A DNA stretch of 64,000 nt from Klebsormidium nitens (taxonomy: Eukaryota > Plantae > Klebsormidiophyceae), in contig DF237041.1 in NCBI GenBank assembly GCA_000708835.1, positions 148,401-212,400 on the forward strand, read 5' to 3'. Of this stretch, positions 49,384 through 61,015 are shown piece after piece; positions within the stretch are counted from its first letter, which is position 1; every line of letters starts with the position of its first letter. The notes under the pieces were generated by a model, which worked only from the letters and a program-made list of their open reading frames with translations, did not search any database and was not told where the DNA came from. The position numbers and the translations under genes were made by a program.

Positions 49384-51106
49384 TCGGCCTCTGCGGCTTC
49401 TTGTAAGCGGCTCTTGAGAGGAAGCTCCTGTATGGCGAAACAGGACAACGTTGTTGAATGATTTGAAAAGTGAGACGGACAATCAATCCTTTCTTTCAAT
49501 CACAGTTTCTAGGTAAGCCTTTGACAGTCCACTTCCATCTGGACCAGAATAGCTTACAGAACACTTTCCTATAGAGAAATAGAGGGATGCTTTGGGACTA
49601 GAGAGAGGGAACGTCCGTGAGTGACAAGCAGAGATTATTTGACACAATCGAAACCTGCTCCCGACAAACTCCTTTGAAGAGCATGCACAAGGTCGGGCTC
49701 CCAACAGACACCATTTGGGAGGATCCCTGCCTTGAATTGTGAAAGTTCGCTGGTCGCACTATCTTACGCTAGCAAAAGTGGGTTCGCTTTCCAAGTGCAA
49801 AGAGATTGGTATCTTAAGGTTGGTGCTTCTTCATGCAGCTTGAAGAAAATAAAGGCGTCGACCACTCCTGAAACTGTTCCCAACGGCATGCGAGTTTGAG
49901 AAACAATAGCAACGCAAAGTTTCAGGGCAACTTAGATTTGTTGGCCAAGAAGTTGTGAACAAAACCGCATCTCGTCTTTCACTCACCACGTCCTAGCGGC
50001 TAGAATTCGCTTCTGCAGTGGAAGCAAAGCAGCGTCAACGGGGCACCGTTACCCTGAAAGCTAGGGCTAGCTTCCGGTTGAAGGCCTTTCTTCGACGTGG
50101 TACGGTGAAAGACGAATCTGTTACACTTTGCGGCCTGCAAGCGAAGTCGGTCAAGCTTGTGGCAAAAAGGCCAAGCACTCCACAGGCTTGAATGGAATCA
50201 GCGACGCCACGCCGTTAGGCACCAGAAAAAGGCTGAGCCTGCTACACGGTCGCATGTACTGATCAAGCCTCACTTTTTGCCTCCGTTTCCTCAATTCAAT
50301 TAGTATCATTCAGTCTGACTGTCGTCGAAATCAGGCCACGTGCGTGACGGTGCATGATGATACAGGTCAATAAAGCGTGCATGCATGGTTAAGGGTTGCT
50401 TCAATGACGTCGCGCGATCATGTATGAGTGACCGTCTGTGTTCAGCGCCTAAACATGCACTTTCACTGTTTGCCAAGAACTTTCCATGCAATTCATTGAC
50501 GGTAGTTTTGAAAACGGGAGACGAGTACTCAGTATCACTCCAATCTGCACCCTCGAGACAAATATAGAATGAGGGACTCGAAGGTAAGAAGTCGACTCAG
50601 TCTGTTCAATGCAATCCACTTGCACGTTGGAGCCGGCTCTAGCTACCGTATATGGAAAATTGAAAAGACGTACTAAACGCTCGAGAGGTTGACGACTGCA
50701 AGCAAGTGACTTACTCAAGCGTATCAATGATCCTAGCATTATCGGAGGTTCTAACTAGCAACTCTAGAGTAAAACGCTCGAGTATCCTATGCACCGCGCA
50801 TGCGAAAGCAACCTAATACGCCAGCAATGTTTACTCAAAGTTTTCAGTCTGAGAATCTTTATCTGAGTAAAGGGTGTCAATGAAGTAGAACGTTGCAAAG
50901 CAATGAGATTGTACTTCCAAAGCAACAATCGGTTCCGCTTGATCCTTAGGTCAACTCTCTGCAAAAGTGAGCACGTCTCGATACCTAGTGTCTGGACTGC
51001 CGTTGAACCGAACACGTCAAAGCCGGTTGAGAACGCTTTCTCGGGCTTGAAATGCGACGCTTTGGAACGCTTTTGCTCTTGCTCCGGACGGTTTCCCGGA
51101 CAGCAT

Positions 51107-54100
51107 TCAAGCGGACGGTACAAAGTTCCCGTGGAACGTCAGTGCCACGTGCGTTGGCAAGTGTACGACGCACACCGGGGGATCCCCCACCCTCGTCGCG
51201 TCCAAAACCACAACGTCCGTCGTGTGCTTCTTATTATTGTACACAAACGAGATCAAGTACCCGTCGTCTTCTCCGACCGCGCCTTTCCGCGGCACGAACT
51301 CGACCTCGCTCGGCTCTAACCCCTCCCCTAGAAGGTTCGTTTCCACGGTCCCAGTCTCTAAGTCGTACTTCTGTATGCAGTCGAAGTAATGAACGCCGTC
51401 CCTCCCACTCCCTTCCTCCCGTTTCACCCCCCCAAAACTCTGCCCCAAATGGACCCCCTGCCGCGGACCCTCGAGCCGCCCGGCCGTCGAGCACGCTGCC
51501 ACGTACACATACCGCGTTTTCCTCCCGGTGTACGCCTGGTTGATCTGCGGGTACTCCATCCCGAAAGTCGCGGCGGGTTTCCCGCTACGTGGGCTGCGGA
51601 CCGCCGGACGGTCCGACTCGAGCGTCCAAGTTTTGGTGTCCAGCGCCAGCTCCCATAAGCTATGGTAAGTGTCCCAGTTCCAGCCGCGAGCGTACATGTC
51701 CTTGAAAGTGTCCTCCAGGTTTTCTCGAGGGCCGTTCTGCAGGAGCAACGTGCTTTTGTTTCAACCATTGATGGCTGCTACCGCAACAGCGTGATAATCC
51801 TTGCTCGTTCTAGGCCGATCGCGCACGTTTAAAATCCAGGTTCCATTTTAGCTCAAGGAACTCCCCACCCATTTCTCCAGATCTTTATTGTCTGGATTGG
51901 ACTATAGGCGTTCCCAGCGCCTTGCCATGGATATCCTCGGACCCTGCTTTCATCGAAATTTGAGGGCTTCCATATCTACTCTAGGCAACAATTGACCATC
52001 AGACCGGCCGTCGAAGACAGAAGTGCGTCATCCCAAATCACCCCCTGCCCAACAGTCGACGTAGCACCTCCTCTTATTGGAAGATTATGTGAACTATTCA
52101 TCAAGCATGCGGCCTGCCTGCTCTTCTGGAACACTACTAAAATTCAGAGAAACAAAAAGCACAGTCTGATATATCTTTTAGAAAAGAAAGTCCGCTCGAG
52201 CAGGCTGAAGAGTGTGAGCAGTGCAGGCAACTTAAGCAGATACGTAGCAAAAGCACACAGAGAATTACGACCGCACCCCCCGACGAAGCTTCCGGAACCC
52301 TAGCCCTCCCGGTTGAGCTTGCGACTTGCTCTTGTTCTCAAACTGTCACCGAGCCCCAAGACAACCTAACACCACTTTACCAAAAGGCCACTTCAGAGAT
52401 CATTCGCCCCGTTGCTCATAGCTTATGCTTCCATTCTTGCTTACCAGCCTATTGACCAGCACGTGCAGCTTGCCGTGCTCTTCGTACGCGTTTGCGTAGT
52501 GGAACGTCGCAAACGCCGGCATCCGGACGTCCGCCACTACGGACATGTCCGACTTTCGGGCGACCACGATCCGGCTCCCTAGGGCGGACTGGTACTCGAA
52601 GGTCGCCCCGAAGGTGGTCAGCCCGGCCACAGCCTGAGAGAAGGACAAAGCAGGCGTAAGCGAGAGGAAATAAGTATAGACAGTGGGTGATGCAGAGCTA
52701 TGATAGGAAGGAATAGCAATTTGCTGTAGCTTGTCGTTACAAATGCTCAAGGATTTGTGATTTCTCGCTTTTCAAAACAAGCTTGTTAGTATACAAAGCA
52801 AAAGACGAGAAGGAAGGCAGCAGAAAAGCCCGAAGTGGGACGGAGCTAACAAAGGCAGCGAAGAGAACTTGCAAGAATACGAAACCTCGCCGCTGTTCCG
52901 AGCCGGATGCATTTTCGCTGACCGGAAGCCTGTTGTTTCCCAACACTCTAACCAAGGTTTAGCGCCAGCGTCTGCGTCCGTCGAGCTAGCCGATATTGAT
53001 CATCTTACAGGCCCTTTGTACAGCCCAGAAACGTCGCAAGCGCTCGTCTTCAAAGGGGCAGCAACCAGCCCGAGCGGCATCCAAGTTCGCCTCGAAGCGG
53101 CTGAGGAGTTTCTCACGACAAGCGAAACGGCTGACGTCATCTGGGAAAACGTGTGGGCTTTCGCCTCCCCTTGATCAGGTTCACTGGCAATGACATGTGC
53201 GGCGTGATGATCACAACCAGGTGGGTTTCTGTTCTTACATTTTCTTCTCTTCCTTCCAGAGCTTTTGGGCCTCGTCGTCAGCCGGGCAGTGCAGCCTACC
53301 CGGGCAGCATTCGCAGCCAGTCCCAAAAAAACGGCACAGACATTCCTCTCGAGAGACGCGTAATCGCTGACGTCATTCAGGGGCCAGAATGTGCGGCTCC
53401 TCCGACTCACCTTGATCAGGTTCACCGGCTTGGACAGGTGCGGCGTGATGACCACAACCAGGTAATTCTCGGAGATGGCGAAGTCGTGGACGAACGTTGG
53501 CTCGTCCAAAGCAACGCGACCCTGCGCAGAAAAAAGGATTTTCAATCGGCACTAAGAGGCGTAAGAACTGGGGTGGTTATCCACACCAGAACGATATAAA
53601 GAACTATCCAAAACGGAACTGAGCCTAAATCACGGCGATAAACAAGTCCTGGACTATTGTAAGTTGGCCGGACATCACCGGACGCTGCGTCAAACGGCAT
53701 GATCCAGGAACTCTGAGAAGAGGGTTCGAGCTTTCAAACCGGGGTTATTCAGGTCCTTTTCCAACCGAGATCATCGAGGTCCAATCCGACAGGAGACCGA
53801 AACATGGTAGCTAAACGAGTGGTGGACGAACGTGGGTTAGTCCAACTTTTGGGAGTCACGAGCTTCTGTGAAGAGAGACTTCGGACATTCGAACCCGTCA
53901 CCGGTCGGCACTATGGAGAATGGACGGGACGCAGATCTCAATTGAGTGGGGTGCACGGATTTTGGCCAGGTCAATGCCCCGCGCACTTTTCAAGACACGA
54001 TTGACTTCAAGCAAAAGGTCCCCGGTTGACCCCGACCGAATCCATGCACCAAGAGTTGTCCGGAAATGCGTGAGTCATGCCAAACTAAAAACCTCCTAGC

Positions 54101-57100
54101 GCGGGCAGGTCTGACTGATACGTACGAAACGACACGGTTCGGCTCTAGAAATTTTGCATTTGACAACGCCTCCTAAAGCCCCACCCAATATTTCCCTCCT
54201 GGTTCGAGTTCAAGATGGGCTACTAACAACCTCAATACAGAAGATACGATGCGGGAATGGGGCGCACGGCAGATTTTGATTCGGAAAGAGAGCTGGCTAC
54301 AGTCTAGGGTCTGTTCCCCGCACCTTGCTGAGTACTTTGCCGTCGGGAGAAAGGGAGTAGACACAAATCTCGACACAGAAAGAAAGCAGCCCACGGATCA
54401 GAGTCTGTCCCCCTCACCTTGCTCAGCGCTTTGCCGTCGGGAGCAAGGGAGTAGAGGTCGAGCGCGAAGATGCGGAACCAGTCACGACCGATGCCCACGT
54501 TGTACAAGACTGTATCGGAATCACGATTGGCGTCAATGCTGGCGCAAAGACGCCCACGTAATCCAGGAAGAGATTGTAAAATCGTTTTGGGAAGATTACA
54601 ATAAGACGATCTGTGATCTCATTGGGCCACTCGTTTATCCCAAAGATGATGCATAAGCTCACGGAACCACCGACAATGTAAGAGCTGATGATTCAATCTA
54701 ATCTTTGGGGGTAAGCTGAAGCATCACAGAATGCTCTTAAATTAGTGACAATCGAACCGTCAAGTCTAAAGGAAACAGTGGCAAATTCTGCAGGTCCCTT
54801 CATATACCTAAATTAGAACCAAAACATTGGGGAATAGCAGCGAGGAGGCCGTTCAACTGCCTTGATGTCGAAGAGCTGAAGCGGACCCACTCAGCGCTAA
54901 GAACGTCGGACAGTTTGACATGCCCCTCTTCTCGACAGGGTTCCCCTCTGCAGCGTGCCATTAGTCAAGACGTCCAACGTATCTACTCACCCTTGGGATG
55001 TCCGCTCATCCTGCTAACAGTCGAACGGCCGAAAATTAGGTTTCACTCGGGACGCCCGAAACGTGCTGACTTTCTGATCGTCTGGCATTTCGTACTTACT
55101 TTGAAAGTCCAGTTCGCGCCAGATCCTGATGTCCATTGCGTCGTGACCTAATGTCCGCATCGAGGTCACTCTCAACCGTCCAATAGTCCGGACATACTTT
55201 TAAAGTCCGGATCGATCTTGAGGGTGCGTTAAATACTTCCGGACTCACTTTTGGTGTCCGGATCGATCTTGGGGTGCGCTGAGAAGAAGCTGGGGGTGTA
55301 GTCGACCGTGCCGAGCGTGTCCAGGGTTTGGGGGTTTATCTCCAGCGGCGGGCCGCCCTCCGAAAGCGCCAAAACTTTGTGGTCGAAAGCGCGGACGCTG
55401 CACGGACGAAAGAAGGGAAGTCTTTGTAAAACGAAGAAAAGAACGACGTGAAATCGTTGTAGACGTAGACGTAGAAGTAGACATAGACGACGTAGACGTA
55501 GATAGAACGATGTTTGACAGCATCAGCTGTTGAGAAGAGGAAGGCTGGGACAAGGAGGAGTTTAAGGCAGGGGATCATCGAACAATCAAAGTACTTTGCG
55601 GTTGGAAGCGCGGACAGCACGCGCAAGAGAAGGGCGTTCTCGGTTGACGAGATTGACAGCTTCAAGCATCAGCTTATAAAGAGAAGGGGCTTTGAAAGGC
55701 TAGGACGACTTGGTGTCTAAGGTTGGGAACGTCGACCAGAGTTTTGGCAGCGACATCAAACATGAGGAACCTCGACAATCTCGACAAGATGATTGTAGGA
55801 CTTTTCGATCTGGAATCAAGAAGAAAGCTCGTTCTACAGAGCGTAAGCAAGGACAGAACTCAACAAGAAACGCCGGACCTTTGCAAATCATCGATCCCGA
55901 ATATGACGTCAGCAGAGCTAGAAGGCAAAGCATAGAGCCCACCTCGAACCAGATCTCAAACCGCACATGTACGGACGCTCTACGGCAAAGCTTTCTCAAG
56001 CTACAATACGACAGCCACAACTCCAGAACCTCCACAAATCCAAAAGCAAAACAAACTTGCGTTGAACAAGGTTTGGAAAAGCGAGAGAACGTGGGAGCTC
56101 TTGAAAAGGAAAAGTTGACCTCTAATAGCCTTTCCGTTTAGCTTTGTGCAACAACAAAGCATGCTTCTTTCTGGATTTCTTACCGTTTAGAAAGGTCAAC
56201 AAGGTTATCTCACCTCGTGTTGCTCGGGTTGCCGGGTGGCCCCAAGTTGGCGAGCCACCCCCCCGAGCTCTCCGTCCAGACCGCCTTCCCCACGATCTCG
56301 TCCTTCCCCGACCGCTCCTGCTTCTTGTACCGGTCGGTCAGCATCCACCGGTTGCGGTACGAGACCGCGCCACCGGGGCCATTAAACGAGACCGCATACA
56401 CCTGACGCAGAAGCACGATATAAGTGAACGCGATGGTATGAGAAGCCTCGGAAGCTTGGGCGATGGCCTTTTCATACTTTGCGGCAGTAGAATGCGCATT
56501 CTACTGCCGCTGAGTGTAAGAAGTAACTGGGCTGCGGGTTTGAGCTTTTAACATGGCTGTCTTAAAGAGTCCATGCAAATAGTCGAACAAGGTGTCGAAT
56601 CAAACCATCGATGGTGTGCTCAAGCAGTATTGGAAACGGCTCCGCGTCAAATCTCCCCGTTAAGATAGGACGACCGACTGAGGCCAAACTTTTCAAGGTG
56701 AAAAATCCTGAGTGACGTCATTAGGCGTCCTACATATGATGACGCACGGGCCCTCACCATGCCGTCCCCGTCGAACCAGTGCCCACACTCATGATCCCCA
56801 ACGATCGTCTTAGCAGGCCAAAGTCTCTGACGAAACAAGTGACGTCATGAGCCGTCATCTCGGATCACATGCCGCATGGGTCCTCACCATGCCGTCCCCG
56901 TCGAACCAGTGCCCGAACTTGTGATCTCCGATGCGGATGCGCCCCGGCCCTGCCCGGTACATCGTGCCGCGCAGCTCCTCGGGGACGGTGCCCTTGATAG
57001 CGGACGGGTCGACAGCGTACGAGCACTCTTTGGGGGCCTCGAGGGCGCCCCGCCATGGCTGCTCGGAAACTGCACGTAATCACGCAGCTATACTTGGTGG

Positions 57101-59028
57101 ATTTGAGTTCCGTGTGAGGTGAAATGGTGACTGTAAGTTGCCTCAGTTGTGGGTAAGTCGACGATGTACGTAAATCGACGATGTACGGGCGTTAACCAGG
57201 GGCGTCAAATGCGCCCCGCCCTGGCTGCTCGGAAACTGCATGTAAAGAAGCACCTTAGTTGTGACATATCATGTGTGGAGGAAAAAATAATGTCACTTGA
57301 GTGGCCTCGGTTGTAAATCTCGGTCGAGAACATACAACCGCTCCTCCAGGGGCTTGAGGGTGCCCCGCTAGCTGATCGGGGACTGCATGTGACCAAACAT
57401 GTACGGTTGGTGAATTTGATTATTGGTGATTAAAGTCTTCATGTACAGCTAGGAGAGGGTAGCACATAGAGTTTGAGTTGCTTTCGATTTTTGGCGGTCA
57501 ACAACGTTCAAACTTTTCCGGGGGCTCAAAGAACGCCCCGCCAAGGCTTCTCTAAAACTGCATGGATGTTCCACGGATATCAATGTTTGAAGGATACGTA
57601 ATTTTGACACAACCTGATGCGTCGTCGAGACCCTCAATTAGGCAGGGACGAGGAGGAGACCTGTTTGACAATGGGCCGAGGATGTTTCTCACCAAAGCTG
57701 CTGTGAAGCTACCTGGGAACAGAAGGTAGATGATATAGGACCTTTCATTCTTGGGAAATAATTTCTCCAGACAAAAAGGTCCGGCTCCTCAAACTTCGCC
57801 AAAATAATCAAGGACAACAAAGTCCTGCTGCACAACCTCTATGGGAAGCAAAAAGCCAACGAGATTTCCAAAGGGAGTGGCTCTCTGATCCTTGTAAGGA
57901 GTTGGGGGTAATCATGCGCCCCCAAGTGGTGTTCAGGTACTGTTCAGGGTCTTGAGAGGTTTGTTCTAGAGAATTGAAACCTGATAACCGCTGAGAGCAA
58001 TTCCAATGATACCTTGAGCATGCAAGTTCCAGATACGCTTATGAGCAACAAGCTATCAATTGGGACTCAATGATAGCCCCCGTTTGATCAGAACAAGATC
58101 AGATGATAGACCAAGCCAGCTAGTTTCTGCAGCATGCCCTGGGATAGAGTCCTTATGCAAAGAGAAGGGCCTAGATTTGAACATTTAGACACAGAGAGCA
58201 TGGTGAGAGCTAAGCGCTTCACGCAGCGGCCATATCGAAAAAGGAGAAGTTAAAGTTAAAGCAAAACCGTTGTGCAAAATGAAGAAGAGCACGGAAACAA
58301 CCGGACAGGAAAAAGGGAAGAGCTGCGTCAAAATCCAGCTTTCATTGCTGAAAGTTGCAGAAGTCAATCTCACATCACGGATCTTCATGAACTTACGGGT
58401 CCTTCAAGATATCCAACAACCATCAGTGACTTGTGATTGTCCTCTCTAAGCTCAGCAGCAGGCGAGATCAAATAAGTGAGAGTGTCTCAAAATGAATGGC
58501 TTCTCTCAAGAGAACGAAAGCGCCTGAAATAAACCTTGATGGTCTTGAAGGCCTGGCGTATGCAACACCGAAAGCCGCAGAAACTGGAAAAGATAACCAC
58601 CCGACAAATAGCAGAGACTGTCATTCGCCAGTCTGGAAGGTTTACTAGTCCCGGTTCCCTCATTCAGTACTTCCACCAATGTAAACACAAATGTAAAAAG
58701 TTCTTGATTGCTGTACCAACATTTTGACCTCCGGTGTGTAGAACCTGAGGTAGCCGTACTGACCTGCTTCTTGAACCCATTTTGGCACCAATGGTGACGT
58801 CAGCAGTGGGTTGGCTTCTTCCTTGGGGCCAACGCTCCCCACCGTCTGCATGGCGTGAGGAGCCGCCTTTGAGAAGATTTTCAGATCCCTCGCTGAAAAC
58901 CTTCGATGCCCTTTAAACCGGCATAGCCTGTAAATGGATGACTGATGATCGTCTGGATTCAGAGGTTGGGGAGATTGCAGGGGCCCATAAGAAAGTGGAC
59001 ATGCGACCGAAGCTGAGGCAGAAGCCAT
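51107..59028 (-). CDS. Carotenoid cleavage dioxygenase (RPE65/CCO family) with transit-peptide-like N-terminus; exons 59028-58764, 57069-56888, 56401-56214, 55397-55249, 54509-54418, 53521-53411, 52633-52445, 51736-51107; 601 aa
   Basis: GTVPEELRGTMYRAGPG...HWFDGDGM; four Fe-ligand histidine motifs FSAHPKID, VHDFAISENY, FHYANAYEE, TFHGNF; EYPQIN, SEVEFVPRKGAVGEDDGYLISFVY. All seven introns are GT-AG with matching phases (1806 nt total). Confidence 0.95.
53170..53222 (-). repeat. Intronic copy of the last 53 nt of CCD exon 6
   Basis: 47/53 identical to 53411-53463 (241 bp offset); the donor has decayed to GGGAGG. Confidence 0.9.
55187..55229 (-). repeat. Intronic copy of the CCD exon 4 end with an intact donor
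   Basis: cgcaccctcaagatcgatccggactttaaaa|gtatgtccgga vs real cgcaccccaagatcgatccggacaccaaaa|gtgagtccgga; donors 51 nt apart. Confidence 0.85.
55459..55506. repeat. Imperfect (GTAGAC)n microsatellite in CCD intron 3
   Basis: gtagacgtagacgtagaagtagacatagacgacgtagacgtagataga. Confidence 0.85.
56752..56805 (-). repeat. Intronic copy of the CCD exon 2 end with an intact donor
   Basis: 33-nt perfect match cctcaccatgccgtccccgtcgaaccagtgccc at 56752 and 56882 (130 bp offset), with further partial similarity. Confidence 0.92.
57196..57390 (-). repeat. Two intronic copies of the CCD exon 2 acceptor plus exon start
   Basis: 57211-57245 is 33/35 identical to 57045-57079; 57349-57390 is a more diverged copy. 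Both keep CAG. Confidence 0.85.
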
Positions 59029-60439
59029 GTTCTGGCGACACGTCTGCACAGTACTGCACTATAGCCCCTTGAACTTGAAGTTCATCTTTGAAGTTGAAGC
59101 AGGTGTGTCATGCAGCTCGTGCGCGCGCGCAGAGTCCAGTGTTGGATTTTATCGGACCGCGACGGTCCGGTCAGTGCAGCTGCGAAACCCTTCTCCAACC
59201 CCTGCGCGGCCGCGGGAAGATGCCGACCAGCCGAAGACTTGGAACTCGTACATACAGCGACGTTCATTCTGGCCCTCGCTCGATTTCCCTGGCTTTGAAG
59301 AGCGTTCGTCAATGGCGCCCAGAGAGCCCGATTACGTTACCCCAGGCAAGAATTCCCAAAGACTGAACCCCTTGCGATGCTACATTCTTCCCTTCCAATA
59401 GAATGTAGAGAATGTGATCAATTTGATTGCTGTCGACCGAGATACTTTAGTTCATTATACAATGGACACATCTGGAGGCCTTCTGATTATGCATGTTAAA
59501 CAGATTTTCATTCCTTGATGCTTGCTGTATAAGCGGGTTAAGTTTGTTCAAAGCTCGGGATCAAACGCCGTTTGAAAACACCGTCTGGCTCCCCTACATC
59601 GAGCTCTCTGTTTTGACAGTCTTGTTCTGCCAGGTCTTGTTGATTGGTTTGAAGCGGAGTGCCCTCAATATGCGGAAGACTTTGAATCAGAGTTGAGGCA
59701 TCGACGAGATGGGGTTCTGTGCTTCAGTTCAAGTATAGTAACCTCTACCAAACAGACAGTTCTTAAGGATCAAGGGCCTTCATTCAATGATCTTTGAATC
59801 TCCCGCTGCATCTACTGAAGCAGGATGCGTCCATGCAGACCCCGTAAACACACCTTGTAAGCATAAAAGTAGACTTTGACGAATCTGCAAGGGCATAACT
59901 GCTTTTGAGGTATTAATATGCACTACAATCATTGCAAGTACTACCTCCCATCTCAACAGATATGCGTGTGGCCCAGATCAAACAGAATGAGGACATAGCT
60001 GACTAACATAAAGTGTGCAAGGTTCGGGAATTTTTCCGAAGAACTTTGAGAGTGGGGGCCATCTATGGAATACCACTAGAAGATCCGGTCCAGTTTTCTT
60101 TCCCGTTTCTAGTTTCTTGAGCAGAAGCTGGGGCATGCAAGATTATCAGTAGAGTCTTCTACAATTTGGATCGAGCTGCTAGCACTAGTGGCAGCTTCTT
60201 TACGAGAGTCTGAAAGAGAACAATATCAATCACTATCGAATCGCAACACCACTACAAGCTGCATAGAAGGTGCACGTTACACGCCAGGGTTCCCCGCAGT
60301 GCAGACAGACATAAGGACATCCTCCTTTGAGAGAGTACTAATGGGCCGTGAATATACACAAGTTTATCACTTTCATCATAATATTGCATATATACCTACT
60401 ATGCATTCATATACATCTTCCTCAATCTACCATCATACC

Positions 60440-61015
60440 CCCTATACCCCCTATTCAACGCGTTCATCATCATCAATTCCCCTTGGTCCCGGGACTCCCT
60501 TACCCCTCTTTCAAAGTCCTCATCATCATCAATTCCTCTTGGGGACCCCAGGACCCCCTATACCCGCGTTTCAAAGCCTTCATCATCATCAATTTCTCTT
60601 GGGTACCGGGACCCCCTATACCCCCGTTTCAAAGCCTTCATCATCATCAATTCCCCTTGGGTCCCGGGACCCCCTATACCCCATTTCAAAGCATTCATCA
60701 TCATCAATTCCTCTTGGCCCGGACTGGGAAGTCCGGGACCCCCTATATCCCCGTTTCAGAGCCTTCATCATCATCAATTCCTCTTGGGTCCCGGGACCCT
60801 CTATACCCTAATTCAAAGCATTCATCATCTTCAATTCCTCTTGGGTCCCGGGACCCTCTATACCCTATTTCAAAGCATTCATCATCTTCAATTCTTCTTG
60901 GATACCGGGACCCCTATACCCCCGTTTCAAAGCCTTCATCATCATCAATTCCTTTTGGGTCCCGGGTCCCCCTATACCCCGTTTCAAAGCATTCATCATC
61001 ATCAATCCCCCTTGG
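60440..61015. repeat. Satellite of about 10 units, consensus 57 bp TTCATCATCATCAATTCCTCTTGGGTCCCGGGACCCCCTATACCCCGTTTCAAAGCA
   Basis: Unit starts 60463, 60519, 60579, 60637, 60694, 60764, 60821, 60878, 60935, 60992; internal 14-bp palindrome GGGTCCCGGGACCC in the consensus. Confidence 0.95.
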
